NCBI GenBank assembly: GCA_965218785.1
Contig: OZ244650.1
Span: 448,001-512,000 of the forward strand
DNA: 64,000 nucleotides
Direction: 5' to 3'
Source of the DNA: Nitrosopumilus sp.
Lineage (GTDB): Archaea > Thermoproteota > Nitrososphaeria > Nitrososphaerales > Nitrosopumilaceae
Shown: positions 50,131 through 59,690 of the stretch, one piece after another
Position numbering within the stretch: position 1 is the stretch's first letter
Layout of the letters: every line of letters starts with the position of its first letter
Program-made: the position numbers and the translations under genes
The notes under the pieces: generated by a model
What the model was told of the DNA's origin: nothing
Databases searched by the model: none
The model's input: the letters and a program-made list of their open reading frames with translations, nothing else

Positions 50131-50640
50131 ATGTTTGGGAAAAAGCCTGTTTTAAAAGAAGGAACCACGGTTTTCTCAATTAAAAAAAACGGCGAATTCA
50201 ATGACTTTATTTTTGCCGTGGTTACCGGTATTGATGGCAAAAAAATAGGCGTCAATGGAGTAATTGTAAATCCAATCGGTCTGAAAAACAAGATTACTCA
50301 AGGAAAGACCGGTGAGCGATCCCGGGAAATTCTTGAACATCCAACCCCTGACAATGTGGTGCTGGCTCTAGTGTATAGAGTAGAACATGAAAATTATACT
50401 GATGTGCTGGATCTTGATGTTGATAAATGTGATATTCTTCCTCCGAGAATCTATACCATGCTAGATGGCTGGATTCGTGAATCATTACCTGAATTCATTA
50501 ATACTGTTTTATCATTGCCGGCGGGTTCTGAGAGAGATGAGGCAAAACGAGTTTTAAGACATAGAATGGATACTTTGACAGACAAGACCCTAAAGCGAAC
50601 CCTGTACTCTGTTTGCAGAAGTCTAAAAATCCTGAACTGA
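50131..50640 (+). CDS. Hypothetical protein
   Basis: 169-aa ORF divergent from alaS with TATA (ttaaata) about 28 nt upstream. Confidence 0.8.
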   Translation: MFGKKPVLKEGTTVFSIKKNGEFNDFIFAVVTGIDGKKIGVNGVIVNPIGLKNKITQGKTGERSREILEHPTPDNVVLALVYRVEHENYTDVLDLDVDKCDILPPRIYTMLDGWIRESLPEFINTVLSLPAGSERDEAKRVLRHRMDTLTDKTLKRTLYSVCRSLKILN

Positions 50641-50849
50641 ATTTTCTATTTCTGGGATAATCTGTCTTCAACGCCTGATCTTTTCTAGATATGTCCAAGG
50701 TGATCTAAAACATGTTCTTCTCCGAATTCAAAAAACTGTCGGTTCTGCTGCAAAACAATGATCTTGTCACCTATCTGAAAGATGATGCAGATAACTTTAC
50801 AATGCCTAACGTTACATTAATTTATGATATCATATCAGATGATCCTAAT

Positions 50850-51167
50850 ATGAAAAAATACAACACAGTACCACTCTTAATGACAATCCTATTGATTTCT
50901 GGAGCAACAATGGCATTTGCGCAGCCAACATACACACAAGAAGATTTTCGAGGTGTGGATTCTGCAGGTATATCTTTTGGATCATTATCAGGAGGAGGAA
51001 CCATCTGTGATGATGCTGATACTGAATGTATGGAAAATGCACCGGCTATCGTCATAGACTATCCATCTTCGATAGTATTACTTCCGTATAATCTACCAAG
51101 TATATTGCTTATTGTTGCCACAATTATTGCTGTAATTGCTGTCATTTATTATTTGAAGAAACGTTGA
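50850..51167 (+). CDS. Small surface protein (signal peptide plus C-terminal TM/KKR anchor)
   Basis: MKKYNTVPLLMTILLISGATMAFA signal; one Cys pair; LLIVATIIAVIAVIYYLKKR; ATG at 50850 preferred. Confidence 0.65.
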   Translation: MKKYNTVPLLMTILLISGATMAFAQPTYTQEDFRGVDSAGISFGSLSGGGTICDDADTECMENAPAIVIDYPSSIVLLPYNLPSILLIVATIIAVIAVIYYLKKR

Positions 51168-51662
51168 ATAAATCAGTATTTTTTTATTTTGAGATATGAA
51201 GAAAATTTTATTATTTTGTGTTACCACTAGATGGATATTTTATTTATTTTCTAGATAATACCTTCAATTATCTGATCCAGAAACTAGAAATCAGTAGTTA
51301 TCCCGTATCAACTAATATGTCCGTATTGGCAAACATACTTTTATTTTTGTATATGGGAAAGAATTACAACAATATTATTGGTTTATGTTTCCTTCTAGTC
51401 ATAATATCCGATCTGATTCAGTGGGCGCCAATCGCATATTATCAATAAAATACCCTTCAAACCCAACCGGTATTGCCAAATCCGACTCTTCAAATATGGT
51501 GATCTTCTCTAGAACCCACTGTTGGAGACACACCTAGGTAATAGATCCAATTCCAATTTTAGATGTTTATAATACAACTTTCTGGGAAGGGCAAGTCGGC
51601 CCAGCATCTCGGATTTCTGGATGATATAGTTTTATATTATGCCCTAAGAAAATCTCGATACA

Positions 51663-51974
51663 ATGGAATATGTTTACGCTGCATTACTTCTTCACAAACT
51701 AGACAAAGAAGTCAACGAGGCAAACCTCACATCAGTTGTTAAAGCATCTGGTGCCGAGGTTAACGAGGCCCAAGTCAAGTCACTAGTTGCAGCACTGGCC
51801 GATGTTAACATCGATGAGGCAGTCAAAGCCGCACCTGTGGCAGTAGCAGCGGCAGCAGCCGCACCGGCAGCAGATGCACCAGCAGGTGGCGAAGCAAAGA
51901 AAAAGGAAAAACCCGCCGAAGCAGGCAAGACTGAAGAGGCAGCCATGGAAGGACTGTCTTCTCTATTTGGCTAG
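51663..51974 (+). CDS. rpl12: 50S ribosomal stalk protein L12 (P1/P2)
   Basis: [11 protein letters not shown], Ala-rich hinge, GLSSLFG. Confidence 0.97.
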   Translation: MEYVYAALLLHKLDKEVNEANLTSVVKASGAEVNEAQVKSLVAALADVNIDEAVKAAPVAVAAAAAAPAADAPAGGEAKKKEKPAEAGKTEEAAMEGLSSLFG

Positions 51975-51980
51975 AAAACA

Positions 51981-52015
51981 TCCTTTTTTCGATTTATTTT
52001 TGATCTTTATTTTCA
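51981..52015 (+). terminator. Oligo-T archaeal terminator after rpl12
   Basis: ttttttcgatttatttttgatctttattttc immediately after the stop. Confidence 0.55.
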
Positions 52016-52051
52016 TTAATCTTAATTAGCACGGTATTGTGTTTGTATTGA

Positions 52052-52684
52052 TTGGTTGATTTCTCGTTTCCAATAGATGGTTTCATTAGCATTCTTGACT
52101 ATTTGGGAACTATTTCTTTTGCAGTAACTGGGGCATCAAAAGCAATTTCACACAAGGCCGATATCTTTGGAATTGCAGTCTTGGCAACCGTGGTTGGTGT
52201 GGCAGGCGGAATCACAAGGGATGTTATTTTTGGCAGATTTCCTACGGCTTTTTCTGATCCTATCTATGTCTGTCTTACCGTCACTGTGGGCATTATGATG
52301 TTCTTTCTCTTTGTAAAACTAAAAAAACAAACTAATACCTGGTTGGTTTTTGACGCAGTTGGATTGGGCGTTTTCTCAATTATTGGGGCATCCATTGCCT
52401 ATCAGATAGTCGGGTTAAATTTTCTTCCAATGCTGTTTGGAGGAATGATTACTGCAATAGGCGGTGGAATTCTCAGAGATGTCTTTGTACGGGAAATCCC
52501 ACTAGTATTTGTCAAAGAAGTGTATGCAGTTGCAAGCATAATTGGAATTGTGATTTTCTACATCATCCTGTCCTCCGGCGTAGATATCCAAATTGCATCA
52601 ATTGTTGGAATTCTCTGTGCTACCGGAATTAGATTACTTGCAATGAGGTATAACTGGAATCTTCCTAAAGCAAAAGGCACTTGA
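52052..52684 (+). CDS. TRIC channel / UPF0126 family membrane protein
   Basis: Two GGxxRD repeats (AGGITRDV, GGGILRDV), DAVGL. Confidence 0.92.
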   Translation: MVDFSFPIDGFISILDYLGTISFAVTGASKAISHKADIFGIAVLATVVGVAGGITRDVIFGRFPTAFSDPIYVCLTVTVGIMMFFLFVKLKKQTNTWLVFDAVGLGVFSIIGASIAYQIVGLNFLPMLFGGMITAIGGGILRDVFVREIPLVFVKEVYAVASIIGIVIFYIILSSGVDIQIASIVGILCATGIRLLAMRYNWNLPKAKGT

Positions 52685-52688
52685 TTAA

Positions 52689-53555
52689 TTAAGCAGGCGT
52701 GTAATCTTTTGCCTGTCTGGCAACAGATCTTGCTTGGGAATCTGCCTTTTGTAAAATCTGTTCTTTTGTCTCATCTGTCATAAATCCTGATTCAACTGAT
52801 ACAGAACGTGCAGACTGCGCCGCTTTGCCGAGTATTTGTGAAATGTTCTCTGCTGTGACATATGCTGCTTCAACAGACAGAGTAACTGCCTCTTGATGTG
52901 CCTGTGCAAATTCATTTCTGATCTTCTCAACATCTATTATCATGTCCTCCTCTGCATACTTTAGTCCGTCTTCTAGTGCAGTATAAAGTGAAATTCCCGC
53001 CTCTACAGGTTTGATGTCCAGCTTGCCTAGAATCGATGCCAGTTTTTCATTGATTGCCTCGCCCTTTAGTACTGGAGTGCTGTCCTTTGCAATCCAGATT
53101 GTTCCCTGATCAATTTTAGTTGGAATTCCGGCTTCTTTGAATTCGGTAAGCATTGGTCCGGGTGCAATTCCTGTGTTTTTTGCAGGTATTACAATATCCA
53201 TACTTGCAATGTCCCCTCCCCTGGCAATCATCATTATCTTATTTTTGGCCAGAAGAACGTTTAGCCTGAATGGCGACATGTTTGTAAACATGAACATGCA
53301 TTGTCCTTTAAGCTCTCCAATCATATCTTTAATTCCCGGCACATCAACTGTGTCTAGTGCCTTTTGAGCCACTTTATCCTTGATGCTCACAAATTCGACA
53401 TCATCCTTGAGGGTCTTTCTTAATGGTAGTATCTGCGCAGAACGCACTTTGTTCATTTTAATTATTGCCAGAACCTTGTATTTTTTTGGCAGTTCCTGTA
53501 ATTGCTGATACATCTGTGTTTTTCTTTTAGGATACGACGTCCTGTTTTCATGCAT
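52689..53555 (-). CDS. rpl10: 50S ribosomal protein L10 (P0)
   Basis: ARGGDIA, NTGIAPGP, GIPTKIDQGTI. Confidence 0.95.
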   Translation of the reverse strand: MHENRTSYPKRKTQMYQQLQELPKKYKVLAIIKMNKVRSAQILPLRKTLKDDVEFVSIKDKVAQKALDTVDVPGIKDMIGELKGQCMFMFTNMSPFRLNVLLAKNKIMMIARGGDIASMDIVIPAKNTGIAPGPMLTEFKEAGIPTKIDQGTIWIAKDSTPVLKGEAINEKLASILGKLDIKPVEAGISLYTALEDGLKYAEEDMIIDVEKIRNEFAQAHQEAVTLSVEAAYVTAENISQILGKAAQSARSVSVESGFMTDETKEQILQKADSQARSVARQAKDYTPA

Positions 53556-54219
53556 GCTTTTTCTTGACCTCGTGTATTTGTTTTAACGGCTTGCCCATTG
53601 TGGTTTTTATCATGATTCTTTTGATGTTTCTCTCCCCATTTGGTAATTTCTTTTCAACTGCGCTGAGAACAGCATGTGCATTTACTGCCAGATCTGCGTC
53701 TTCCATGGACTCGTCGCCGATTTTACATGCCATGGATAAAGACGCCCTTGTTCTGACTTTGATTGATGATCTAAATCTTTGTAAAAATGATTCAATAGGT
53801 GCGTTAAATGGTACTGGCGTTGGCATTTTTCCTCTAGGACCTAGAAGCTGACCCAAGGTTTTTCCGACAATTGGCATAACTTGCGTGTCTGCTAAAAAGA
53901 AATCATACTTGTTGATGAACTTTCGGGACTCTCTTTTGTTGGCTGCGAATTTATCCATCTCTTCTGTTCCAATAACCAAGTCTGCGTTTGCCTGTTTTGC
54001 TTTTTGACCCATATCCCCCGTGGCCATTACACAAACAGTCGCAGGCGAACTTGTCTTTGGGAGCTGAACTATTTCGTTGAGTGCAAATCCTTTCTTGACA
54101 TCTATATCCTTGAAATTCATAATCAGCTCTATTGACTGCTTGAACTTTCTCTGCTTGCTTGATGCCTTGACATTTTTGATCATTTCAGCAAGCTCAGTCT
54201 CTGTAATCATTACGAACAT
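53548..54219 (-). CDS. rpl1: 50S ribosomal protein L1
   Basis: RKFKQSIEL, LGPRGKMP, KTTMG. Confidence 0.96.
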   Translation of the reverse strand: MFVMITETELAEMIKNVKASSKQRKFKQSIELIMNFKDIDVKKGFALNEIVQLPKTSSPATVCVMATGDMGQKAKQANADLVIGTEEMDKFAANKRESRKFINKYDFFLADTQVMPIVGKTLGQLLGPRGKMPTPVPFNAPIESFLQRFRSSIKVRTRASLSMACKIGDESMEDADLAVNAHAVLSAVEKKLPNGERNIKRIMIKTTMGKPLKQIHEVKKKHA

Positions 54220-54376
54220 TTTCGAAAAAGCCTACTTAAAATCGTTTAGAGATCAAATTCCTGATAATGACACCTCTTTAAAAAAATTATACTTTTTTTT
54301 TGCAAAATAATTATAATTTCAAAGAAAACCCCCAAAACCTACATATATTAAATCACAATCCATGCTTGCTAATACT

Positions 54377-54832
54377 ATGTATAAATTCGATGATCTCGAC
54401 ATGAAATTGCTTTATGAATTAACCAAAGACGGTTCAGTCTCTATTCCTACTTTGTCAAAAAAACTTGGAATTAGCGCATCTGTGTTGTATAGCCGGATCA
54501 AGAGATTGATGAAGAAAAAACTGATTATAAAATTCACCGTGGAAGTTGACGACTCTCTTTTGGGCATCTGCGTAAAGGCCTCAGTTGGAATCAACCGAGA
54601 TCCTAAATTCAAGGATACAATCCATAAAAAATTAATGGAGACTGCCGAGGTTGCTTCAATTTCGGAAATTACTGGTAGATTTGACATCATGATTCAGGTT
54701 TATGCCAAGAATCTTGAAACTCTTCATTCTGTGGTAATTGAGAAGATTGGAAAGATTCCTGGAATTCAGAGCACAGAGACCTTTGTAGAGCTGCAAAAAA
54801 CAGACAAAGATCCCGTCTATCTAATCCACTAG
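54377..54832 (+). CDS. Lrp/AsnC family transcriptional regulator
   Basis: DDLDMKLL...LSKKLGIS...RIKRL HTH; ITGRFDI; ATG at 54377 preferred based on TATA spacing. Confidence 0.92.
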   Translation: MYKFDDLDMKLLYELTKDGSVSIPTLSKKLGISASVLYSRIKRLMKKKLIIKFTVEVDDSLLGICVKASVGINRDPKFKDTIHKKLMETAEVASISEITGRFDIMIQVYAKNLETLHSVVIEKIGKIPGIQSTETFVELQKTDKDPVYLIH

Positions 54833-55312
54833 TTACTGGAATTTCTCATCCCATTTACCTTCATTGATTTCGGCAGTTATCTCTTTTGGAGTCTTTCCTT
54901 CAACTTTTACTCCCAATGCCAGACACGTACCAATGATGGTCTTTGCAACTGATTTTAATGAGGAAGAATAGGATTTCTCTAGTTTTGTATTTGCCACTTT
55001 AACAATGGAATCCATCGTAATATCTCCTGCCCAATCAGTACCTGATGTACCTGAGCCCTTTTGAATTCCTGCCTCCTTCATGATTAGTGCCGCAGCAGAC
55101 GGAATGCCGATTTCGATCTCATATTTTTTTGTGTCGCTGTCGACTACTACAGTTACAGGAACTTTCATCCCTTCAAAATCCTTTGTTTTTTCATTAATCG
55201 CATTAATGACTTCCATAATGTTGACCCCGATAGGTCCCAATGCTGGCCCTAATGGCGGCCCTGCAGACGCTCCTCCACCGGTTACAAGTGCTGATATTTT
55301 TTGTTTTCCCAT
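54833..55312 (-). CDS. rpl11: 50S ribosomal protein L11
   Basis: GGGASAGPPLGPALG, GMKVPV. Confidence 0.97.
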   Translation of the reverse strand: MGKQKISALVTGGGASAGPPLGPALGPIGVNIMEVINAINEKTKDFEGMKVPVTVVVDSDTKKYEIEIGIPSAAALIMKEAGIQKGSGTSGTDWAGDITMDSIVKVANTKLEKSYSSSLKSVAKTIIGTCLALGVKVEGKTPKEITAEINEGKWDEKFQ

Positions 55313-55347
55313 ACCTTATCAACTCAACATGAAAAATTTAATCCTTC

Positions 55348-55803
55348 CTAAGCCCCACTTGATAGCTTTAGGTAGTTTGCGTCCACTGTTACTGGTAATT
55401 GATATGCTGCATCCAGCAAAACCACCGTTGCCTCTTCTTTTTCAACGTCTATTCTTGTGATTGTTGCCTTCATTCCTTTGAATGGACCTCCCGTGATTTC
55501 CACTACGTTATCTATTGCTAATTGTGAAACTGTTGATTTCTTAATCAGATATCCTTCAATATCTTTGAATTCCAACTCCCCTCTTAATTGACCACGAATG
55601 TGCCTTACTCCTTCAACTGCCAGGTATGCATCACTTGGATTAACTGCTTCAATTACAACATAGCCTTTTAGATTGTCAACTAACAAAACGGATTGAATGT
55701 TAATCTTGTTTGTATTTGCTTTTGCCTCCAACAGCCTCATTACGACCTTTTCTTGCCCTCCCGTGGTTCTAATTGCAAACAAGTGTGATTTTATTTCAGA
55801 CAA
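55348..55803 (-). CDS. spt5: Transcription elongation factor Spt5
   Basis: TTGGQE, LKGYV, KOW motif VEITGGPFKG. Confidence 0.96.
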   Translation of the reverse strand: MSEIKSHLFAIRTTGGQEKVVMRLLEAKANTNKINIQSVLLVDNLKGYVVIEAVNPSDAYLAVEGVRHIRGQLRGELEFKDIEGYLIKKSTVSQLAIDNVVEITGGPFKGMKATITRIDVEKEEATVVLLDAAYQLPVTVDANYLKLSSGA

Positions 55804-55805
55804 TC

Positions 55806-55979
55806 TTACCTACCAACTGTTATTACCGAAAAGACAAATTGAATCGTAAATCCTATTGTACCAACCCCACCTATTCCAAATAATACCAATCTCAGATGCT
55901 GTTGATACTCGTCTCTGTCTGGTTTTTTGGCCATTTTCATGGTATTGGCCATATTTTTCAGAGTCTGCCTTGGGTTCAA
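55806..55979 (-). CDS. secE: Protein translocase subunit SecE (Sec61 gamma)
   Basis: Hand-translated 57 aa: MNPRQTLKNMANTMKMAKKPDRDEYQQHLRLVLFGIGGVGTIGFTIQ; sits directly upstream of spt5. Confidence 0.92.
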   Translation of the reverse strand: MNPRQTLKNMANTMKMAKKPDRDEYQQHLRLVLFGIGGVGTIGFTIQFVFSVITVGR

Positions 55980-56018
55980 TGCTGGAAATTAATAAGGTGT
56001 CTTTATATCTCTTATCTC

Positions 56019-56798
56019 ATGGGAGAACTATTCGTTGCATATCAAGATGATCCGGCCGGTCATAATATGGCAAAATATCTCTCAAAAGAGATGACTCAAG
56101 AAGGCAATCTCTTTTATGGGAAATACTATGATCTGGCAATAATTCCGACTCCGGCAATCTCTGCTGATTGGTTAGAAGAAAAATATGATTATGATGGATT
56201 TGTATTTCTTTCAAAACATGCCGCCCAATCAGGGGTGTTGGCCCTGACTTGTCATAGTACTGGAAATTTTTCTAAAGCGGGATTTGGCGGAAATGACAGG
56301 CAGATTGCAGTTCCACATCCACACATTCAAAAAGCCTATCTCCGGACTCTGAAGAAAAATCAATCCAGATTTTCAGAATTTCAAATTACCATCGAGGCGA
56401 CACATCATGGACCTACTGCCTTGACCAAACCCTCGATTTTCATCGAAATAGGCACCACTGAAAAACAGTGGAATGACGTATCTTTATGCAATTCCGTTGC
56501 ATCCCTGGTTCATCAAGTAATGACGGGGCCAGTTGAGGATAACCCCGTGGCAATTTGTTTTGGCGGAACCCACTACCCTTCAAAATTTACTGATGAATTA
56601 CTTGATGGAAAATTTGCACTTGGAACCGTGATCCCAAAACATGCATTAGATGATTTGGATGAAGAGTTATTTTTCCATATTATTGAACAAAACAGCATGG
56701 CAAAAGCCGCTCTTTTGGATTGGGCAGGACTGGGATCTAACAAACAAAAAGTACTTGGCTATCTTGAATCAACAGAATTAGAGGTTCTCAGGCTTTGA
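56019..56798 (+). CDS. dtdA: D-aminoacyl-tRNA deacylase (DTD2/GEK1 type)
   Basis: DPAGHN, FLSKH, TCHSTGN, EATHHGPT, FIEIG, FGGTHY; ATG at 56019 preferred. Confidence 0.92.
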   Translation: MGELFVAYQDDPAGHNMAKYLSKEMTQEGNLFYGKYYDLAIIPTPAISADWLEEKYDYDGFVFLSKHAAQSGVLALTCHSTGNFSKAGFGGNDRQIAVPHPHIQKAYLRTLKKNQSRFSEFQITIEATHHGPTALTKPSIFIEIGTTEKQWNDVSLCNSVASLVHQVMTGPVEDNPVAICFGGTHYPSKFTDELLDGKFALGTVIPKHALDDLDEELFFHIIEQNSMAKAALLDWAGLGSNKQKVLGYLESTELEVLRL

Positions 56799-57094
56799 AT
56801 CTTGAAGAAAAGATTTACAAGAAATTACTAGATGTACCAAAAGGCAAAATCACCACTTATGGAGAATTGGCAAAGGCCGTGGGATTAAAAAACGGACAAA
56901 GAGCCGTTGGAAAAATCATGAACAAAAATCCATACCCTGTAGTTGTTCCATGTCATAGAGTTGTAATGTCTACTGGAAAAATCGGCGGCTATGCATATGG
57001 CAAACACATCAAAACAAAACTGCTAAACGACGAGGGGATTCAAATTAAGAACGGTAAAATCCTGGACTGGGAAAACCGGATACATAGATTCTAG
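56795..57094 (+). CDS. ogt: Methylated-DNA--protein-cysteine methyltransferase (single domain)
   Basis: VPKGKITTYG, RAVG, NPYPVVVPCHRV. Confidence 0.9.
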   Translation: MNLEEKIYKKLLDVPKGKITTYGELAKAVGLKNGQRAVGKIMNKNPYPVVVPCHRVVMSTGKIGGYAYGKHIKTKLLNDEGIQIKNGKILDWENRIHRF

Positions 57095-57546
57095 TTGCTT
57101 CTTTTTGCCTTTATTTCTTCCATCAGTGTTCTGAGATGTGCCTTGTTTCTGACAGTGTTTCCGCCGACTTTTTTGTACAACGTCCAAAATTCTGGATTGG
57201 TCAGATCTTTCCTGTCTTTTGCAATCTTTAACAGCCGTCTTAATGAACGGACCTTGGCAACGTATACCTCTTTTTTACCTACTCGTGCGCCTTTTCTGCC
57301 TCGTTTTGAACCCTGAGTCGTACCTCTTTTGTTTTTCTGGATCTTTTTTTTCTGAGCTCTTCCTCTAGACGTGCCTACAAACGATTTAATTTTGATTGTA
57401 TTTGCTGTAATCAGACTTCTGATATTCTCCCTTGTAATTGCATCTGCAACATCGTCTAAATGATCGGTGTCAAATTTTATTCTATGAACACCGACACCGG
57501 TAACCCTGGATGCCAGTCTTTTTTTAGCCTTAAGATTTACTACCAC
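57091..57546 (-). CDS. rpl19e: 50S ribosomal protein L19e
   Basis: KKRLAS, AITRENIR, GTSRGR. Confidence 0.96.
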   Translation of the reverse strand: MVVNLKAKKRLASRVTGVGVHRIKFDTDHLDDVADAITRENIRSLITANTIKIKSFVGTSRGRAQKKKIQKNKRGTTQGSKRGRKGARVGKKEVYVAKVRSLRRLLKIAKDRKDLTNPEFWTLYKKVGGNTVRNKAHLRTLMEEIKAKRSN

Positions 57547-57937
57547 TTGCGTTCACCCTTGCGTTAAAAACTTTGAATTTGCCCTCCACTGCCTTGGCGG
57601 CGATCTCTTTTCTCTTTTTAGTACCGACGCCATGTGCAAATCTTACACCGTCTTTTTTCGGATCTAATTTTTCCAAACCCGCTACATTATAAACCAAATT
57701 ATCCGTAAATCCTGATGGGTGCAGCCCCCTTGATTCCTTGGGTCCCCCGTATCCGACTTTGACTAGTCCCGGACGACCCCTGCTTTTTTGCTTTCTTTGA
57801 TGATGATCGATACCTTTTGGTTTTCTCCAATTAGTTTGCAATCTGACATAACGCCAACTTTCAGGTCTGGCAAATTCGGGATTGTGCCCTTTTATCTCCT
57901 GTCTTTTTGCAAGCTTGTCTTTGTTGATCGGCATCAT
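57530..57937 (-). CDS. rpl32e: 50S ribosomal protein L32e
   Basis: WRKPKGID, VGYG, GLHPSG. Confidence 0.96.
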   Translation of the reverse strand: MMPINKDKLAKRQEIKGHNPEFARPESWRYVRLQTNWRKPKGIDHHQRKQKSRGRPGLVKVGYGGPKESRGLHPSGFTDNLVYNVAGLEKLDPKKDGVRFAHGVGTKKRKEIAAKAVEGKFKVFNARVNASGSKS

Positions 57938-58097
57938 AGTGGCTCTTGAATTTTGAAATAAATACGTTCCTAGACTAGAAAAAAAATTTCAGATAGGAAA
58001 GAGATAATAAGGAAATTCAAGGCGGATCGAAATATCTCATGACCAAGCCTGAGATTACTAAAATAAATTTTGGAGGCATAATCCTCTGACTCGAGTT

Positions 58098-59690
58098 GTG
58101 GGTACTGCCGTAACTGACAAATTTTCATCACAATTGAGGGCATTTGGAATCAATCCCTCCAAAGTTCACAGGAATCTCTGCGTAGATGAAATGGTGTTCA
58201 TCGCAGTTGATAGGAACGAGGGTGTTGTAAATTCAACTGGCTCCCTTTCTGTAAATACCGGAAAATATACCGGTAGATCCCCTGATGACCGTTTTATTGT
58301 ATATGACGAGAAAACTCGTGATACCATTGACTGGGGAAAAATCAACCATCAGTTTCCCGGAGACAAATTCGAAAAACTGCTTGAAAAAATGAAAGACTTT
58401 GTTGAAAACAAAGAACTATTCGTATTTGATGGTTTTGTAGGATCTGATCCGGAAACTCGTCTGCCAATTAGGGTGGTCAATGATCATGTTTGGCAAAACA
58501 TGTTTTCTAGGAACCTGTTTATCCAGCCTACAAATGAAGAACTGGAAAAGCATGAACCGGAATTTACAATTCTATGCATCAATGACTTTAAGGCTGTTCC
58601 GGAAATTGATGGAACCCGGACTGACGTCTTTATTCTAATTGACCTGACAAGAAAGATTGTCCTGATTGGAGGAACCGAATACGCAGGTGAAATGAAAAAA
58701 TCAATGTTTGGTGTAATGAATTTTCTGTTACCTGATCGTGGAATTTTTCCGATGCACTGCTCTGCTAATATTGGAGAAAATGGTGATACCGCATTATTTT
58801 TTGGATTATCCGGTACTGGCAAGACTACTCTTTCAGTTGATCCTAATAGAAGACTAATCGGTGATGACGAACATGGCTGGTCTGATAACGGAACATTCAA
58901 TTTCGAGGGTGGCTGTTATGCAAAATGTATCAACCTCAGTCCGGAGGCAGAACCTGAAATATGGAATGCAATTAAACCCGGCGCACTTTTAGAAAACGTT
59001 GTCTTAAAAGATAATGTTCCAGACTATGATGATAACAGTCTGACTGAAAATACACGCGTTGGCTATCCGTTGGATTACATCCCCGGTGCGGTGATTCCAA
59101 GCATCGGTGGAAATCCCAAGGTTATTGTATTTCTGACTGCAGATGCGCTGGGCGTTTTACCCCCGATCTCCAGACTTGCAAAGGAAGGCGCGATGTATCA
59201 CTTTATGTCCGGTTATACCAGTAAATTGGCAGGAACCGAGCGTGGAATTAAGGAACCAAAGTCTGTATTTTCACAGTGTTTTGGAGCGCCATTTATGCCC
59301 AGATCCGCATCAGTTTATGCAAAACTGTTGGGGGAAAAAATCAACCGGCACAACACCGTGGTCTATCTAATTAATACCGGCTGGTCTGGCGGTCCATATG
59401 GGATTGGAAAAAGAATCAAGATCAAGTACAGTCGCGCTATGGTGACTGCGGCACTTTCAGGTGCACTTGATACTGTAAAGTATAATCACAATGATCTGTT
59501 CAATCTGGACATGCCTGCCGAAGTAGCAGGTGTTCCTTCTGATATCCTGGATCCCAGAAATACCTGGCTTGATAAGGACTCGTATGATCTTTCTGCAAAA
59601 AAACTAGCTCAGATGTTTGTTGAAAACTTTACAAAGTTTGAAAACGCCTCCCCTGAAATAATCAATGCCGGTCCAAAGCCTGTCTCATAA
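58098..59690 (+). CDS. pckA: Phosphoenolpyruvate carboxykinase (ATP)
   Basis: TGRSP, YAGEMKK, GLSGTGKTTLS, IGDDEHGW, FEGGCYAK. Confidence 0.97.
   Translation: MGTAVTDKFSSQLRAFGINPSKVHRNLCVDEMVFIAVDRNEGVVNSTGSLSVNTGKYTGRSPDDRFIVYDEKTRDTIDWGKINHQFPGDKFEKLLEKMKDFVENKELFVFDGFVGSDPETRLPIRVVNDHVWQNMFSRNLFIQPTNEELEKHEPEFTILCINDFKAVPEIDGTRTDVFILIDLTRKIVLIGGTEYAGEMKKSMFGVMNFLLPDRGIFPMHCSANIGENGDTALFFGLSGTGKTTLSVDPNRRLIGDDEHGWSDNGTFNFEGGCYAKCINLSPEAEPEIWNAIKPGALLENVVLKDNVPDYDDNSLTENTRVGYPLDYIPGAVIPSIGGNPKVIVFLTADALGVLPPISRLAKEGAMYHFMSGYTSKLAGTERGIKEPKSVFSQCFGAPFMPRSASVYAKLLGEKINRHNTVVYLINTGWSGGPYGIGKRIKIKYSRAMVTAALSGALDTVKYNHNDLFNLDMPAEVAGVPSDILDPRNTWLDKDSYDLSAKKLAQMFVENFTKFENASPEIINAGPKPVS

Noticed and set aside
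51218-51448. 76-aa hydrophobic ORF
   Set aside because: GTG start in very AT-rich DNA with no motif; hydrophobicity follows from T-richness.
58034-58055. Hairpin ATCTCA...TGAGAT in the pckA leader as a k-turn or riboswitch
   Set aside because: It does not fit k-turn geometry, and a 6-bp stem alone is insufficient evidence.
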